From an uncultured beta proteobacterium (lineage in GTDB: Bacteria; Pseudomonadota; Gammaproteobacteria; Burkholderiales; SG8-39), in the NCBI GenBank assembly GCA_963754305.1, contig CAVWFR010000011.1, forward strand, positions 88,710 through 152,709: 64,000 bases of DNA. The letters are read 5' to 3'. Each line of letters starts with the position of its first letter. The stretch's first letter is position 1. This document shows positions 1-11,746 of the stretch, one piece after another. A model generated the notes under the pieces. That model did not search any database and was not told the origin of the DNA. It was given only the letters and a program-made list of their open reading frames with translations. Both the position numbers and the translations under genes were made by a program.

Positions 1-890
1 CGCCGACGCTTCCCGTCCTGGCGGCCGCGGGGTTCGTCGCCGGCATCGCCGCCAGCCTCTCGCAGGACGTCGTGCCGCTCGTCGCCGAGCTCGCCGCGCC
101 GGGCGCGCGCGGCCGCGCGGTCGGGACGGTGCTGTCGGGACTGTTCCTCGGCATCCTGTTCGGCCGGCTCGGCGGCGGCTTCGTCGCGGCGAATCTCGGC
201 TGGCGCTGGATGTACGTCATCTCCGCCGCGATGATCGTGGCGATCCTGCCGGCGATCGTCGCCTGGGTGCCCAGCGTCCCGGCGAAGACCCGGCTCGCTT
301 ACGCCGCGCTGATGCGCTCGCTCCTGCGACTCGTGCGCGATCGCGCGGATCTCCGCCGCGCCTCGGCCGTCCAGTTCCTGCTCGGTTGCTGCTATGGCGG
401 CTTCTGGGCGACGCTCGCGCTGATGCTGGCCGCGGTGCACGGCTTAGGGCCGGCCTATGCCGGACTGATGGGCATCCCCGGCGCGGCCGGCATCCTCGTC
501 GCGCGCCCCGCCGGACGCTGGATGGACCGCAAAGGTGTCACGCCGGTCGTGACGACCGGGATCTGCCTGGTCATGGCCGCCTACCTTACGTTCAGCCTCG
601 GCCTCGCCACCCTCGCCGCGATCATCGCCGGCGCCGTGCTCCTCGATGCCGGATTGCGTGCAGCGATGGTCGCGAACCAAGCCTTCGTCACCGGTGCCGA
701 TCCGGAGACGCGCAGCCGTTCGAACACGATCTTCGCCGTTCACGGCTGGGGCGGTTACGCGACCGGGGCGTTCGTCGCGAGCATCGCGTGGACGAACGGC
801 GGCTGGCTCGCCGTATGCGCGTGCGGGCTGGGCGCGTCGGTCGCGGCGCTCGCCGTGTATCTGCGCGGGCGCGGCGACGCAAAGCGCTAG
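1..890 (+). CDS. MFS transporter, 3' part (gene begins left of the window)
   Basis: The frame is open from the window edge. Translation reads ...AAAGFVAGIAASLSQDVVPLVAELAAPGARGRAVG..., followed by about six hydrophobic helices. Track ORF 72..890 is only the part after the first in-frame GTG. Stop TAG 888-890. Confidence 0.8.
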   Translation, partial: PTLPVLAAAGFVAGIAASLSQDVVPLVAELAAPGARGRAVGTVLSGLFLGILFGRLGGGFVAANLGWRWMYVISAAMIVAILPAIVAWVPSVPAKTRLAYAALMRSLLRLVRDRADLRRASAVQFLLGCCYGGFWATLALMLAAVHGLGPAYAGLMGIPGAAGILVARPAGRWMDRKGVTPVVTTGICLVMAAYLTFSLGLATLAAIIAGAVLLDAGLRAAMVANQAFVTGADPETRSRSNTIFAVHGWGGYATGAFVASIAWTNGGWLAVCACGLGASVAALAVYLRGRGDAKR

Positions 891-1465
891 CGGCGCCTGC
901 GTTTCGCCGTCCGCTTGGCCGTCTTTCGGCTCGCCTGTTTGCTCGCCGCTTTGCGCGCTTGTCTGGACTGCCGTTCAACCGGCTGTTTCGCTCGCTTCTT
1001 CCCCACGCGCGCCGGCGCGCTCCAGCTCTGCCCGGGGATGAAGCCGATCGCCTCCACCTCGAGCTCGCAGTCCATCGGCGTGCGTCCGGCCTGCATTCGC
1101 GTGCGGGTCGGCAGCGTCTCGGGCGACGAGAAGTAGGTGCGGTAGATCCGGTCGAACGCCTCGGCCCGGGCCTGATCCTTCAGCCAGACGATCACTTTCA
1201 GCAGCGAATCCATGTTCGAGCCGGCGGCCTCAGCGACCTGCTGCACGTGGTCCATCACGATGCGGACCTGCTCGTCGAACGGCGCCGGCACGTACGCGGG
1301 CGGCTTCTCGCCCCGCGCGCGCGCTTCCCGCATCTCGCGCGAGTAGGCCGCGTCGAACGGCGGGAGTCCGGAGATGAAGACGAGCGGGCCATACGACACC
1401 CCCAGGTTGAAGGGTCCGCCGGTCTCGGGGACACCGCTCTTCACGACCTTTTTTTGCAGGGGCAT
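887..1465 (-). CDS. RidA/YjgF/L-PSP family protein with about 40-aa Lys/Arg-rich C-terminal tail
   Basis: 192 aa. The N-terminal 150 aa look RidA-like (GPFNLGVSYGPLVFISGL..., ...CELEVEAIGFIP). The tail reads KKRAKQPVERQSRQARKAASKQASRKTAKRTAKRRRR. The stop shares the palindrome CTAG (887-890) with the convergent MFS gene. Confidence 0.75.
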   Translation of the reverse strand: MPLQKKVVKSGVPETGGPFNLGVSYGPLVFISGLPPFDAAYSREMREARARGEKPPAYVPAPFDEQVRIVMDHVQQVAEAAGSNMDSLLKVIVWLKDQARAEAFDRIYRTYFSSPETLPTRTRMQAGRTPMDCELEVEAIGFIPGQSWSAPARVGKKRAKQPVERQSRQARKAASKQASRKTAKRTAKRRRR

Positions 1466-1508
1466 GGCGCGCGATTGTAGTCGAACCCCCGCCAGTACAA
1501 TCCGCCCG

Positions 1509-2507
1509 ATGACGATCGAAGCCGCGGACGACGGCCATCCGTACTCCCGCCTGACGCCCGACGCCGTGCTCGATGCGCTGGAAAGCGCGGGCGTGCGCGG
1601 CGACGGGCGCTTGCTGGGATTGAACAGCTACGAGAACCGCGTCTATCAGGTCTATGCGGAGGATGGGCCTCCCGTCATAGCGAAGTTCTACCGCCCGGTG
1701 CGCTGGAGCGATGCCGAGATCCTCGAGGAGCACGCCTTCGCACTCGAGCTCGCCGAGCGCGAGATCCCCGTGGTCGCGCCGATCATGCTCGCTGGCAAGA
1801 CCCTCAACGAGTTCGGCGGCTTCCGGTTTGCCGTCTATCCGCGTCGCGGTGGGCGCATGCCGGAGCTCGACAATCCCGCGACGCTCGAATGGCTCGGGCG
1901 CTTCATCGGGCGCATTCACGCGGTCGGCGCGGTGGCGCCCTTCGCCAGGCGGCCCGCGCTCGACCTCGCGAGCTTCGGCCTCGAGCCGCGCGACTGGCTG
2001 CTCGCCCACGGCTTCATCCCGCCGGACCTCCTCCAATCGTGGAGGAGCGTGGTCGACCTCGCCCTCGACGGCGTGCGCCGCTGCTACGAGCGCGCGGGCG
2101 AGGTGCGCGCGATCCGGCTGCACGGCGACTGCCATTCCGGGAACGTCCTGTGGACCGATTCGGGACCCCACTTCGTCGATCTCGACGACGCGCGCATGGG
2201 TCCGGCGATGCAGGATCTGTGGATGCTCGTCTCGGGCGACCGTACGGCGATCACTCAAGGGCTCTCGGACCTGCTGGGCGGCTACGAGGATTTTTGCGAG
2301 TTCGACCGGCGCGAGGTCGCGCTCATCGAGGCCCTGCGCACGCTGCGCCTCATCCACTATTCGGCGTGGCTCGCGCGACGCTGGGACGACCCGGCGTTCC
2401 CGGCCGCGTTCCCGTGGTTCAATACGCAACGCTACTGGCAGGATCGGATCCTCGAGCTGCGCGAGCAGGTCGCGCTGATGGACGAGCCGGTGCTGGGACC
2501 GGTTTGA
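1509..2507 (+). CDS. srkA: Stress response kinase A (YihE/SrkA-type Ser/Thr kinase)
   Basis: 332 aa from ATG 1509. Strong family signatures: HPYSRLTPDAVLDALESAG, LNSYENRVYQV, AKFYRPVRWS, HGDCHSGNVLW, FVDLDDARMGPAMQDLW. The track ORF start at 1374 overlaps the RidA gene and is rejected. Confidence 0.9.
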   Translation: MTIEAADDGHPYSRLTPDAVLDALESAGVRGDGRLLGLNSYENRVYQVYAEDGPPVIAKFYRPVRWSDAEILEEHAFALELAEREIPVVAPIMLAGKTLNEFGGFRFAVYPRRGGRMPELDNPATLEWLGRFIGRIHAVGAVAPFARRPALDLASFGLEPRDWLLAHGFIPPDLLQSWRSVVDLALDGVRRCYERAGEVRAIRLHGDCHSGNVLWTDSGPHFVDLDDARMGPAMQDLWMLVSGDRTAITQGLSDLLGGYEDFCEFDRREVALIEALRTLRLIHYSAWLARRWDDPAFPAAFPWFNTQRYWQDRILELREQVALMDEPVLGPV

Positions 2508-2587
2508 GGCCGCCCACCGGGAATGCGCTTCGGGTACCGGGTGTTTGCGAGTGTGCCGCGAACCGCGGCTTTCGCGAGGAGATATCG

Positions 2588-3178
2588 ATGCACAAGCTCC
2601 GTATCGGATTGCTCTGCGGCGCACTCGCGCTGGCGCAGGGCGCAGACGCGCAAACCGCGCAGCGCGTGCGCGGCACCATCACCGCCTTCGACGGCAGCGT
2701 GCTCGCCGTCAAGTCGCGCGAGGGCCAGGACCTGAAGCTCCAGCTCGCCGACAACGCGACCGTCGCGGTGGCGAAGGCGGTCAGGTTCGAGGAGATCAAG
2801 CAGGGTGACCTCGTGGGCGCGACGGCGATGAAGCGCCCGGACGGGACGCTGGTCGCGCTCGAGGTGCACTATCTCCCGCCCACGGTCCCCACCGGTCACG
2901 GTCCGTGGGATCTGCAGCCGGAGTCCACGATGACGAACGCCAACGTCGAGGCGATCGTCGCGGCCGCCGGCAACCGCGAGCTGACGCTGAAGTACAAGGA
3001 CGGTGTGCAGAAGATCGCGGTGCCCGAGGGTATTCCGCTCGTGCGCGCGGTCCCCGGCAGCCGTTCGGATCTCGTTCCCGGCGAGTACGTTTTCGTCGCC
3101 GCACAGGCGGGGCCCGACGGCAAGATGACGGCGTTGCGCATCCAGGTGAGCAAGGACGGCGTCAAGCCGCCGATGTAG
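2588..3178 (+). CDS. Exported protein with two related beta-rich repeats (DUF5666-like), function unknown
   Basis: 196 aa from ATG 2588. Signal peptide MHKLRIGLLCGALALAQGADA. Two similar halves (...GTITAFDGSVLAVKSREGQDLKL... and ...RELTLKYKDGVQKIAV...). The long track ORF 1889..3178 is open upstream only by chance. Confidence 0.7.
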   Translation: MHKLRIGLLCGALALAQGADAQTAQRVRGTITAFDGSVLAVKSREGQDLKLQLADNATVAVAKAVRFEEIKQGDLVGATAMKRPDGTLVALEVHYLPPTVPTGHGPWDLQPESTMTNANVEAIVAAAGNRELTLKYKDGVQKIAVPEGIPLVRAVPGSRSDLVPGEYVFVAAQAGPDGKMTALRIQVSKDGVKPPM

Positions 3179-3191
3179 GCCGATCCTGGCG

Positions 3192-4181
3192 ATGCCGATT
3201 CCGACGATCCCCATCCGCCTTGCCACGATCCTCATCGCCTGGCTCCTCGCCCTCGCCGTCTCGGCGGCGCACGCGCAAAGCTACCCCGCCAAGCCGGTGC
3301 GAATGCTGGTCGGCTTCCCGCCCGGCGGTGCCGCCGACTTCGTCGCGCGGGCGATCGCGGAGCCGCTCGGGCGCGAGCTCGGCCAGCCGCTGGTGATCGA
3401 GAACCGACCCGGCGCGGGCTCGAGCATCGCCGCGGAGCTGGCCGCGCGCGCCGCGCCGGACGGCTACACGATCCTGATCGCGAGCCCGAGCAGCATCATG
3501 GTCAACCCGCTGCTGATGCCGAAGCTCGGCTACAACGCGAAGACCGATCTCGCGCCGATCAGTCAGGTGTCCGCCTCGCCGATGGTCGTGGCCGCGAGCC
3601 CATCGACCGGCATCACCAGCTTGCGCGAGCTGATCGATGCGGCGAAGAAGGCGCCGGGCAAGCTCAACTTCGCCTCCGCGGGCAACGGCTCCGCGCCGCA
3701 CCTCGCCGGGGTGCTCTTCCTCCGCATCGCCGGCGTCGATATCGTGCACGTGCCGTTCAAGGGCGGCGGACCGGCCGTGGCGTCGGTGCTCGCGGGCGAC
3801 ACCCAGGTCACCTTCGCGACGCCGCCGTCGGTGCTGCCGCAGATCGAGGCCGGCCGGCTGCGCGGACTCGCGGTCACGAGCCGCAAGGGCTCCGCGCTCT
3901 TTCCCAACATTCCCGGCACCGAGGCAGCGGGCCTGCCCGAGTACGAGATCTCGTTCTGGTACGGCTTCTTCGCGCCCGCGGGGACGCCGGCGCCGATCGT
4001 GAAGCGGATCTTCGACGCCACCGCGGACGTCCTGCGCAAGCCCGAGGTCGGGCAGATGCTGGCGCGCGAGGGCACGGAAGCCGTCGGTTCGAGCTCGCCG
4101 GAGGCGTTCGCTGCGTTCCTTGCCGCGGAAGAAAAGCTCTGGGCGCGGATCGTGAAGGACTCGGGCGCGAAGCTCGATTGA
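3192..4181 (+). CDS. Bug-family (TctC-like) tripartite tricarboxylate transporter substrate-binding protein
   Basis: 329 aa with a signal peptide. Typical Bug motifs: YPAKPVRMLVGFPPGGAADFVAR, ENRPGAGSSIAAE, FASAGNGSAPHLAG, VPFKGGGPA. Confidence 0.9.
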   Translation: MPIPTIPIRLATILIAWLLALAVSAAHAQSYPAKPVRMLVGFPPGGAADFVARAIAEPLGRELGQPLVIENRPGAGSSIAAELAARAAPDGYTILIASPSSIMVNPLLMPKLGYNAKTDLAPISQVSASPMVVAASPSTGITSLRELIDAAKKAPGKLNFASAGNGSAPHLAGVLFLRIAGVDIVHVPFKGGGPAVASVLAGDTQVTFATPPSVLPQIEAGRLRGLAVTSRKGSALFPNIPGTEAAGLPEYEISFWYGFFAPAGTPAPIVKRIFDATADVLRKPEVGQMLAREGTEAVGSSSPEAFAAFLAAEEKLWARIVKDSGAKLD

Positions 4182-5083
4182 GCGCGCCCGTGGACGCCTT
4201 AGTGGCCGGGCAACTCGGGTTCATCGGCCTCGGCGTCATGGGCGAGCCGATGTGCCGCAATCTCGCGGCGAAAAGCGGTGAGACCGTCGCGGCGTTCGAC
4301 CGCGATCCCGAGCGCCGGCGGCGCCTCGCCGCCGGCGGTGTACGCGCCGCGCCGTCGGTCACTGCGCTCGCGCGTGAATCCGAGATCGTCTTCCTTTCGC
4401 TGCCCGGCGGAGCGGAGGTCGCCGCGGTCGGCGCGGAGATCCTGCCCGTGCTCAGCGCCGGCGCATGCGTAGTCGACCTGAGCACGGCACCGGTCGCGCT
4501 CGCTCGCGAGCTGGCGGCGCGATTCGCCGCGCGCGGCATCGCGTTCGCCGATGCGCCGGTCGCGCGCACGCGCGAGGCGGCGGCGAACGGCACGCTCTCG
4601 ATCATGGTCGGCGCGGATGGCGCGACGTTCGAGCGCATCCGACCCCTGCTCGCTTGCATCGGCTCGGATATCACGCATTGCGGCGGCGCCGGCGCCGGCC
4701 AGCTCGCCAAGCTCGTGAACAACATGGTGCTCGCCCAGAACGTCGTCGCGCTGGCCGAGGCGCTCGCGGTAGCGAAGGCGGCGGGCGTTGATTCCGCCAT
4801 GCTCTTCGACGCGCTGTCCAAGGGCTCGGCCGACAGCTTCGCGCTCCGCAATCACGGGCTGAAGGCGATGGTGCCGGGGGTCTATCCGCAGCGCGCCTTT
4901 TCCGCGGAGTACATGTTGAAGGACGTCGGCTACGCGCTCGAGCTCGCCGCGGCGTACGGGCTGCAGCTGAGCGGTGCCGAGAATGCGCGCGCGCTGCTCG
5001 AGCGCGCGATCGCCGCCGGGTTCGGCGCGGAGTATTTTCCCGCGCTGGCGAAGGTGGTCGGTTCGAAACGGGGCCCGGTGTGA
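4178..5083 (+). CDS. NAD(P)-dependent 3-hydroxyisobutyrate dehydrogenase family oxidoreductase
   Basis: 301 aa. Rossmann motif GFIGLGVMGEPM close to the N-terminus; also GAGAGQLAKLVNNM and KDVGYALELA. The TTG start overlaps the upstream stop (TTGA at 4178-4181). Confidence 0.85.
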   Translation: MSAPVDALVAGQLGFIGLGVMGEPMCRNLAAKSGETVAAFDRDPERRRRLAAGGVRAAPSVTALARESEIVFLSLPGGAEVAAVGAEILPVLSAGACVVDLSTAPVALARELAARFAARGIAFADAPVARTREAAANGTLSIMVGADGATFERIRPLLACIGSDITHCGGAGAGQLAKLVNNMVLAQNVVALAEALAVAKAAGVDSAMLFDALSKGSADSFALRNHGLKAMVPGVYPQRAFSAEYMLKDVGYALELAAAYGLQLSGAENARALLERAIAAGFGAEYFPALAKVVGSKRGPV

Positions 5084-5160
5084 AGGGAGCCGGAACTCCG
5101 GCGAATGCCGGGTGACCGGGTGTTCGAGGGCTGTACAACTCCCAACTCGCCCGCGAGTCG

Positions 5161-5197
5161 GCGCCGCTCACACCCCCTTCAACAGCGCGGCCGCGCG
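5161..5197 (-). repeat. Partial type-2 repeat core, intergenic
   Basis: gcgccgctcacacccccttcaacagcgcggccgcgcg resembles 38521-38556 (tgcgctcggcaccccccttcacagcgaggcgggcg), about 28 of 35 positions by eye. It lies between convergent genes. Confidence 0.4.
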
Positions 5198-5201
5198 ATG
5201 C

Positions 5202-7229
5202 TCACGCCGTCTGGGCGATGCTCCTCGGTGAAGGCGCGAGCCGCCGCACCGCCTCGGCCACCGCGTCGGCGGGCACGGGGCGACTGAAGTAGTAGCCCTG
5301 CAGCTCCGTGCAATAGCGAGCGCGAAGGAAATCCGCCTGCCCAACCTCCTCGACGCCTTCGGCGACCAGACCGAGCCCGAGGCTGTGCGCGAGCGCCGAG
5401 ATCGCGTCGACGATCGCCGCGTCGGTGGCGCTGGTGCGCAGGTCCTGCACGAAGCTGCGGTCGATCTTGAGCGAGTCGATCGGGAAGCGCTTCAGGTAGC
5501 CGAGCGACGAGTAGCCGGTGCCGAAGTCGTCGATCGAGATGGCGACGCCGATCGCCTTCAACCGCGCCATGACCGAGATCGCGTGCTCGGTGCTGTCCAC
5601 GAGCATGCTCTCGGTCAACTCGATTTCGAGCCACTCGGGCGCGAGACCGCTCGCGCCGAGCGCATCGCGGATCGTCTCGTCGAGCGACTCGCTCTTGAAC
5701 TGGCGCGCGGAGATGTTCACCGACACCCGCATCGCCGGCAGCCCCTCGTCCTGCCACGCCTTGTTCTGGCGGCACGCCGTCCGGATTACCCAGGCGCCGA
5801 CGGCGACGATCTGGCCCGACTCCTCGAGGAGCGGCACGAACTGCCCGGGCGGCAGCAGCCCGTGCTCGGGATGATTCCAGCGCAGCAGCGCCTCGATGCC
5901 GACGACCCGCCGCGTCGCGGCGGACACGCGCGGCTGGTAGTGGAGCACGAACTCGCCGTTGCGCAGGGCGCGCTGCAGGCCCGCCTCGAGGAGGAGCTGG
6001 TTCTCCACGCGCTCGTTCATCTCCTGCGTGAAGAACGCGTAGCGGTTGCGCCCGAGCTCCTTCGCCCGGTACATCGCGGTGTCGGCGCGCTTCACCAGCC
6101 GCTCGCCGCTCTCGTCGTCCTTCGGGTAGAGCGCAATCCCGATGCTCACGGTCGCCGTGAGCTCGTGTGCTTTCAGCTCGACCGGCTCGGCGATCGCCGG
6201 AATCATGCGCGCCGCGACCATGGCCGCCTCCTCCGGGCCCTTGACGTTTTCGAGCAGCACGGTGAACTCGTCTCCGCCCATGCGGAACAGCATGTCGCTC
6301 TCGCGGATGCAGCCGTGCAGGCGGCGCGCCGCGATCCGCAGCAGCTCGTCGCCGGCCTCGTGGCCGAGGCTGTCGTTCACCCGCTTGAAGCGGTCGAGAT
6401 CGAGGAACATCACCGCGAGCGACCAGCCGAACCGCTTCGAGCGCCGGATCGCCTCCTCGAGATGCTCGACGAAGCTCGCCCGGTTGGGCAGCCCGGTGAG
6501 CGGGTCGTGATAAGCCTGATGGCGGATCCGCTCCTCGTTTGCCACCCGCTGTATCTCCTGCTCGCGCAGGATACGGTCGGACCGGCGCGCCATCCAGAGC
6601 ATGAGCGCGTAGAGAAGCGACAGCGCGCCGACGATGGCGGCGACGATCTGCCGTTGCGTGCGCTCCATTCTCGCGACGAGCGAGGTGACATCCGAGTAGA
6701 CCTCCATCACCGCCTCCACCGGGGAGTCGTCCCGTATGCGCACCGGGACATAGGTGGCGATGAGGTTCCGGTCGGAGATGACGCCCTCCCAGGCGTCGAA
6801 CCGGTCGCGGAAGGTGATGTCGCTCGCGGCGGTGCCGGCCGCGGCGCGCAGGAAGCCGGGGTTCGCGCGCTTGTCCTCGCCGATCTGGCGCACGTCGGTC
6901 GAGAAGACGGTCAGCCCCGCGGGGTCGTAGACCTTGACCTTGACGACGTCGAGACCCGTGGCGAGCAGCCGGAGATCGCGCTGGAGCCACAGGATCTCAT
7001 CGCGCCGCGGCAGCTCCCCGCGCGGCAGCTGCGCGGCATCGCGGACGAACGCGGCGTAGGAGGGCCAGATCGAGTTGGCGAACGCTTTGGTGAGCGCGAC
7101 GTTCGCGCGCGTCTCGGTATCGACGAGAGCGTCGAACGCAAGACGGCGGTAGAACCACGACAGGGCGAGGATCACGGCGATCACGGCGATCAACCCGACG
7201 AACGACGAATAGCGAAACAGCTTCAACAC
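5202..7229 (-). CDS. Membrane sensor diguanylate cyclase/phosphodiesterase (GGDEF + EAL)
   Basis: 675 aa from GTG 7229, which has GGGAG 7 nt upstream; the track ORF extends to 7376 through an Arg-rich leader. Two TM segments flank a periplasmic domain of about 200 aa. Intact GGDEF (FRMGGDEFTVLL) and EAL (EALLRW, DDFGTGYSSL) motifs. Confidence 0.85.
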   Translation of the reverse strand: MLKLFRYSSFVGLIAVIAVILALSWFYRRLAFDALVDTETRANVALTKAFANSIWPSYAAFVRDAAQLPRGELPRRDEILWLQRDLRLLATGLDVVKVKVYDPAGLTVFSTDVRQIGEDKRANPGFLRAAAGTAASDITFRDRFDAWEGVISDRNLIATYVPVRIRDDSPVEAVMEVYSDVTSLVARMERTQRQIVAAIVGALSLLYALMLWMARRSDRILREQEIQRVANEERIRHQAYHDPLTGLPNRASFVEHLEEAIRRSKRFGWSLAVMFLDLDRFKRVNDSLGHEAGDELLRIAARRLHGCIRESDMLFRMGGDEFTVLLENVKGPEEAAMVAARMIPAIAEPVELKAHELTATVSIGIALYPKDDESGERLVKRADTAMYRAKELGRNRYAFFTQEMNERVENQLLLEAGLQRALRNGEFVLHYQPRVSAATRRVVGIEALLRWNHPEHGLLPPGQFVPLLEESGQIVAVGAWVIRTACRQNKAWQDEGLPAMRVSVNISARQFKSESLDETIRDALGASGLAPEWLEIELTESMLVDSTEHAISVMARLKAIGVAISIDDFGTGYSSLGYLKRFPIDSLKIDRSFVQDLRTSATDAAIVDAISALAHSLGLGLVAEGVEEVGQADFLRARYCTELQGYYFSRPVPADAVAEAVRRLAPSPRSIAQTA

Positions 7230-7332
7230 CGCGCGCTCCCTGGCCGACGCGAAAGGGAAGCAAGAAGCGTGGCCCCGGCGCGCGGAAAGCGGGTGGGCGC
7301 AAGCGAGGCCGTGAAATTTGCCCGCTCTGCCG

Positions 7333-7354
7333 CGCCCGCTACGACGAGCGGGCG
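7333..7354 (-). terminator. GC hairpin downstream of recQ (8-bp stem, 6-nt loop)
   Basis: cgcccgct-acgacg-agcgggcg, about 30 nt past the recQ stop on the minus strand. No U-tract, as is common at this GC content. Confidence 0.35.
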
Positions 7355-7384
7355 AGCGGGGGCTCACGCCGCCCACTCGACGCG

Positions 7385-9205
<1,821 letters not shown>

Positions 9206-9257
9206 CGGCGGTCGCGCGAAGTATGACCGTCGGCTGCCGCCTGCACCACCTTCGCCG

Positions 9258-11417
9258 CTACGCCGGCGCGCAGTTCCCGAAGCGGAGGTAGTGCAGCGCG
9301 GCTTTAAGGCTGGCTTCCTCGGTATCGCCCAGTTCGCGCGCTAGATCGTCCTCCGCCGCGCACCTGGGGCGCAGGCCGGCGTAGAAGTCGCCTTCGCCGC
9401 GCGCATTGACGTCCTTGAACGTGATCACCCAGTAGGAAACATCGCCGTATCGAAGGACCTGCGCGCCGACCGGTTTCCCGCAGGTCGTGGCGCCGATCGT
9501 GATGACTTCAATGTGCGGGGCGAGGCCGTGGATCAGCGCCTCGGCGGCCGAGCAGGTCTCGGGCGAGGTGATGACGAAGAGCCGCGCGAGCGCGAGACCA
9601 CCCCATGACGGCGCGCCGAAGATCGCCTCGGAATCGTTGTCGCGGTGGCGCTCGTTGTGGACCAGCCGGATGAACATCCGGCCGTCGGCGCGCGCGCCGG
9701 CGATCGTGCTCGCGACCTGACCCGCCGCATACAGGCTGCCGCCCCCGTTCAGCCGGAGATCGAGCACGAGATCGGCGATGCCCCGCGACCGCAGCAGCAA
9801 CGCGACCGCGTCGAACTCGGCTCGCGACGTCCCGGCGAAGTGCCGGAGAGCGACATAGCCGACGCGGCGATCGCCGGTCTCGATCACCCGCACGGCCGCC
9901 ACGCTCGGGATCCCATGCCGGCCGCGCGTAACCACGGCTTCCCGCCCCGCGCCGTCCGACCCGACGAGCTCGAGCCGCACGGATTCGAGCCCGCGGGCCG
10001 CGGGCTCGGCGTCGGGGCGTACGGCGATGCCATCGATCGCGCGGACGAGGTCGCCTCGCCGGACGCCCGCCGCGTGCGCGGAAGAGCCGTCGAACACGTC
10101 GGCCACGCGCAGCTGCCCGTGCCCGTCGCCGCGGGCAACGTAGCCGTAGCCCAGCGACTCCCGCGCGGCGAGGCCGGGTTCGCGTCCGAGCGGCATCGCA
10201 GTGCTCCAGCCGTCGCGCCGATGGCGCGATGCCTCGATCAGCCCGCCGGGCGAGGCCGCCGCCCCGCGCGACGCCCCCGCGACCTCGTCGCGCCACAGGT
10301 ACTGGTCCGCGATCAGCGCCGCTGCGAACGTGAGATCCGAGACCGCGTACAGGCCCCGCTCGCGCAACTCGGCGAGCAGCATCGCCCCGGTGTAGTTCGA
10401 CATCGCGGCGTTGACCAGGAGGACGTGCGCGTAAACGGTCGCTCCGAGCCCGGCGGCGAGACCGAGCCGCAGGGCGAGCTGGGTTCCCGTGACCGGGATG
10501 AAGGCGGCGCCGGCCGAGCGCGCGAGGCGCCGGCGCAGGTAGAACCACCATGCGGTCAACGCGGCGGCCACGGCGACGAGACCGACGTCGGTCAAGCCTC
10601 CCGCGAGCGCGGCTGCGCCGAATGCGGCCGCCGGGATGAGCAGGGGCTCCGGGCTGGCGAGCGGCCGGCCAGCGTCGGCGCGCCGGCGGCGCACGAGCGC
10701 GGCGAGCATCGCTGCGACCGCGACCCCACCGGCGCCGATGGCGGCGAGCTCACCCAGGTGCCCGACGCTCCAGAGCACGATGCACGTCAGGGCGACCGAG
10801 ACGAGCAGGAGGAGCGCGGTGCCGTACAAGCCTCGCCGCAGCGCGAACACGAAGCCGAGACCGGCGATGAGCACGGCCGCGCCGCGCGCCGGAAAGCCGA
10901 GCAGCAAGGCGTGCGCCGGGTCGTCGGCGCGCTGCGCGCCGGCAGGATCGACGACGAGCGCCCAGGCGACGAGCGCCACGATCAGCGCCGCGATCGTCGC
11001 CCCCGCCGCGCTCGGCATCACGTCCGCGCGCCGCAGGGCATAGCGGCACGGGATCGCGGCCAGCAGGATGAAGCCCACGGCCAGCCCGGCGGTGGCGTCA
11101 TCGATCCCGAACGGCCGCCAGTCGAGCGCATCGGCGGCGTACACGGCGAAGAGCGCAAGCGCGAGCGTGGTGGCGAAGAGCAGCGCGCTGCGGTCGGCAA
11201 CGCGCTCGGCCGGACATCGCCGCCAGGCGCGCCACGCGAGGAGCGCGGCCGCCGCCGCGCCGATGAGCGCGGCGATCATGTAGCTCCAGCCGTAGGTGAG
11301 CGAGGTCAGCGCAGCGCCGGCCGCGAGGGCAGCCGCGGCCGCGGCGGTGGCGACGGTGCCGAGCCGCAGCTCGGCATCGGGCGGCGGAACGGCGGATCGG
11401 AGGGCGCAGGATTGCAT
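9258..11417 (-). CDS. S41 (C-terminal processing) peptidase with PDZ domain, fused to a polytopic membrane domain of about 380 aa
   Basis: 719 aa from ATG 11417. The N-terminal half is Ala/Leu-rich with about 10 predicted helices. PDZ-like [24 protein letters not shown]41 core [10 protein letters not shown], the Ser motif ETCSAAE and the Lys motif TTCGKPVG. Confidence 0.8.
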   Translation of the reverse strand: MQSCALRSAVPPPDAELRLGTVATAAAAAALAAGAALTSLTYGWSYMIAALIGAAAAALLAWRAWRRCPAERVADRSALLFATTLALALFAVYAADALDWRPFGIDDATAGLAVGFILLAAIPCRYALRRADVMPSAAGATIAALIVALVAWALVVDPAGAQRADDPAHALLLGFPARGAAVLIAGLGFVFALRRGLYGTALLLLVSVALTCIVLWSVGHLGELAAIGAGGVAVAAMLAALVRRRRADAGRPLASPEPLLIPAAAFGAAALAGGLTDVGLVAVAAALTAWWFYLRRRLARSAGAAFIPVTGTQLALRLGLAAGLGATVYAHVLLVNAAMSNYTGAMLLAELRERGLYAVSDLTFAAALIADQYLWRDEVAGASRGAAASPGGLIEASRHRRDGWSTAMPLGREPGLAARESLGYGYVARGDGHGQLRVADVFDGSSAHAAGVRRGDLVRAIDGIAVRPDAEPAARGLESVRLELVGSDGAGREAVVTRGRHGIPSVAAVRVIETGDRRVGYVALRHFAGTSRAEFDAVALLLRSRGIADLVLDLRLNGGGSLYAAGQVASTIAGARADGRMFIRLVHNERHRDNDSEAIFGAPSWGGLALARLFVITSPETCSAAEALIHGLAPHIEVITIGATTCGKPVGAQVLRYGDVSYWVITFKDVNARGEGDFYAGLRPRCAAEDDLARELGDTEEASLKAALHYLRFGNCAPA

Positions 11418-11746
11418 GGCGGACTTCTCGACCCGAGGGTAGCTCACCCGGCGAGTCCGACGACCGCAACACCCGCCGCGGAACTGCAAACATTTGTGAA
11501 ACCCTGCGGCGCGATGGTCGGGGTCGCTCGACAAAGCGCCGAGGCTCGCGGCGGGCGCTGGGCCCGCCTCGCGTCCCGCCGGCAGGTGCAATATGTCTCC
11601 CCCGCGCGCCTCACCGGCTGCGGACCGCGTGCGGCTCGCCAAGAGTTGCCGCCGAGCCGCCGCGGGGAAACGCTAAGATTCTCTGCATCGACCCGGCGCT
11701 CGCGGAAATGCGCCCGGGGAACGTATGGACGATCCAGTCGCGTGAG

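Noticed and set aside
5084-5130. Hairpin gccgg-aact-ccggc after the dehydrogenase gene, as a terminator
   Set aside because: It has only a 5-bp stem and no U-tract, which is too weak to call.
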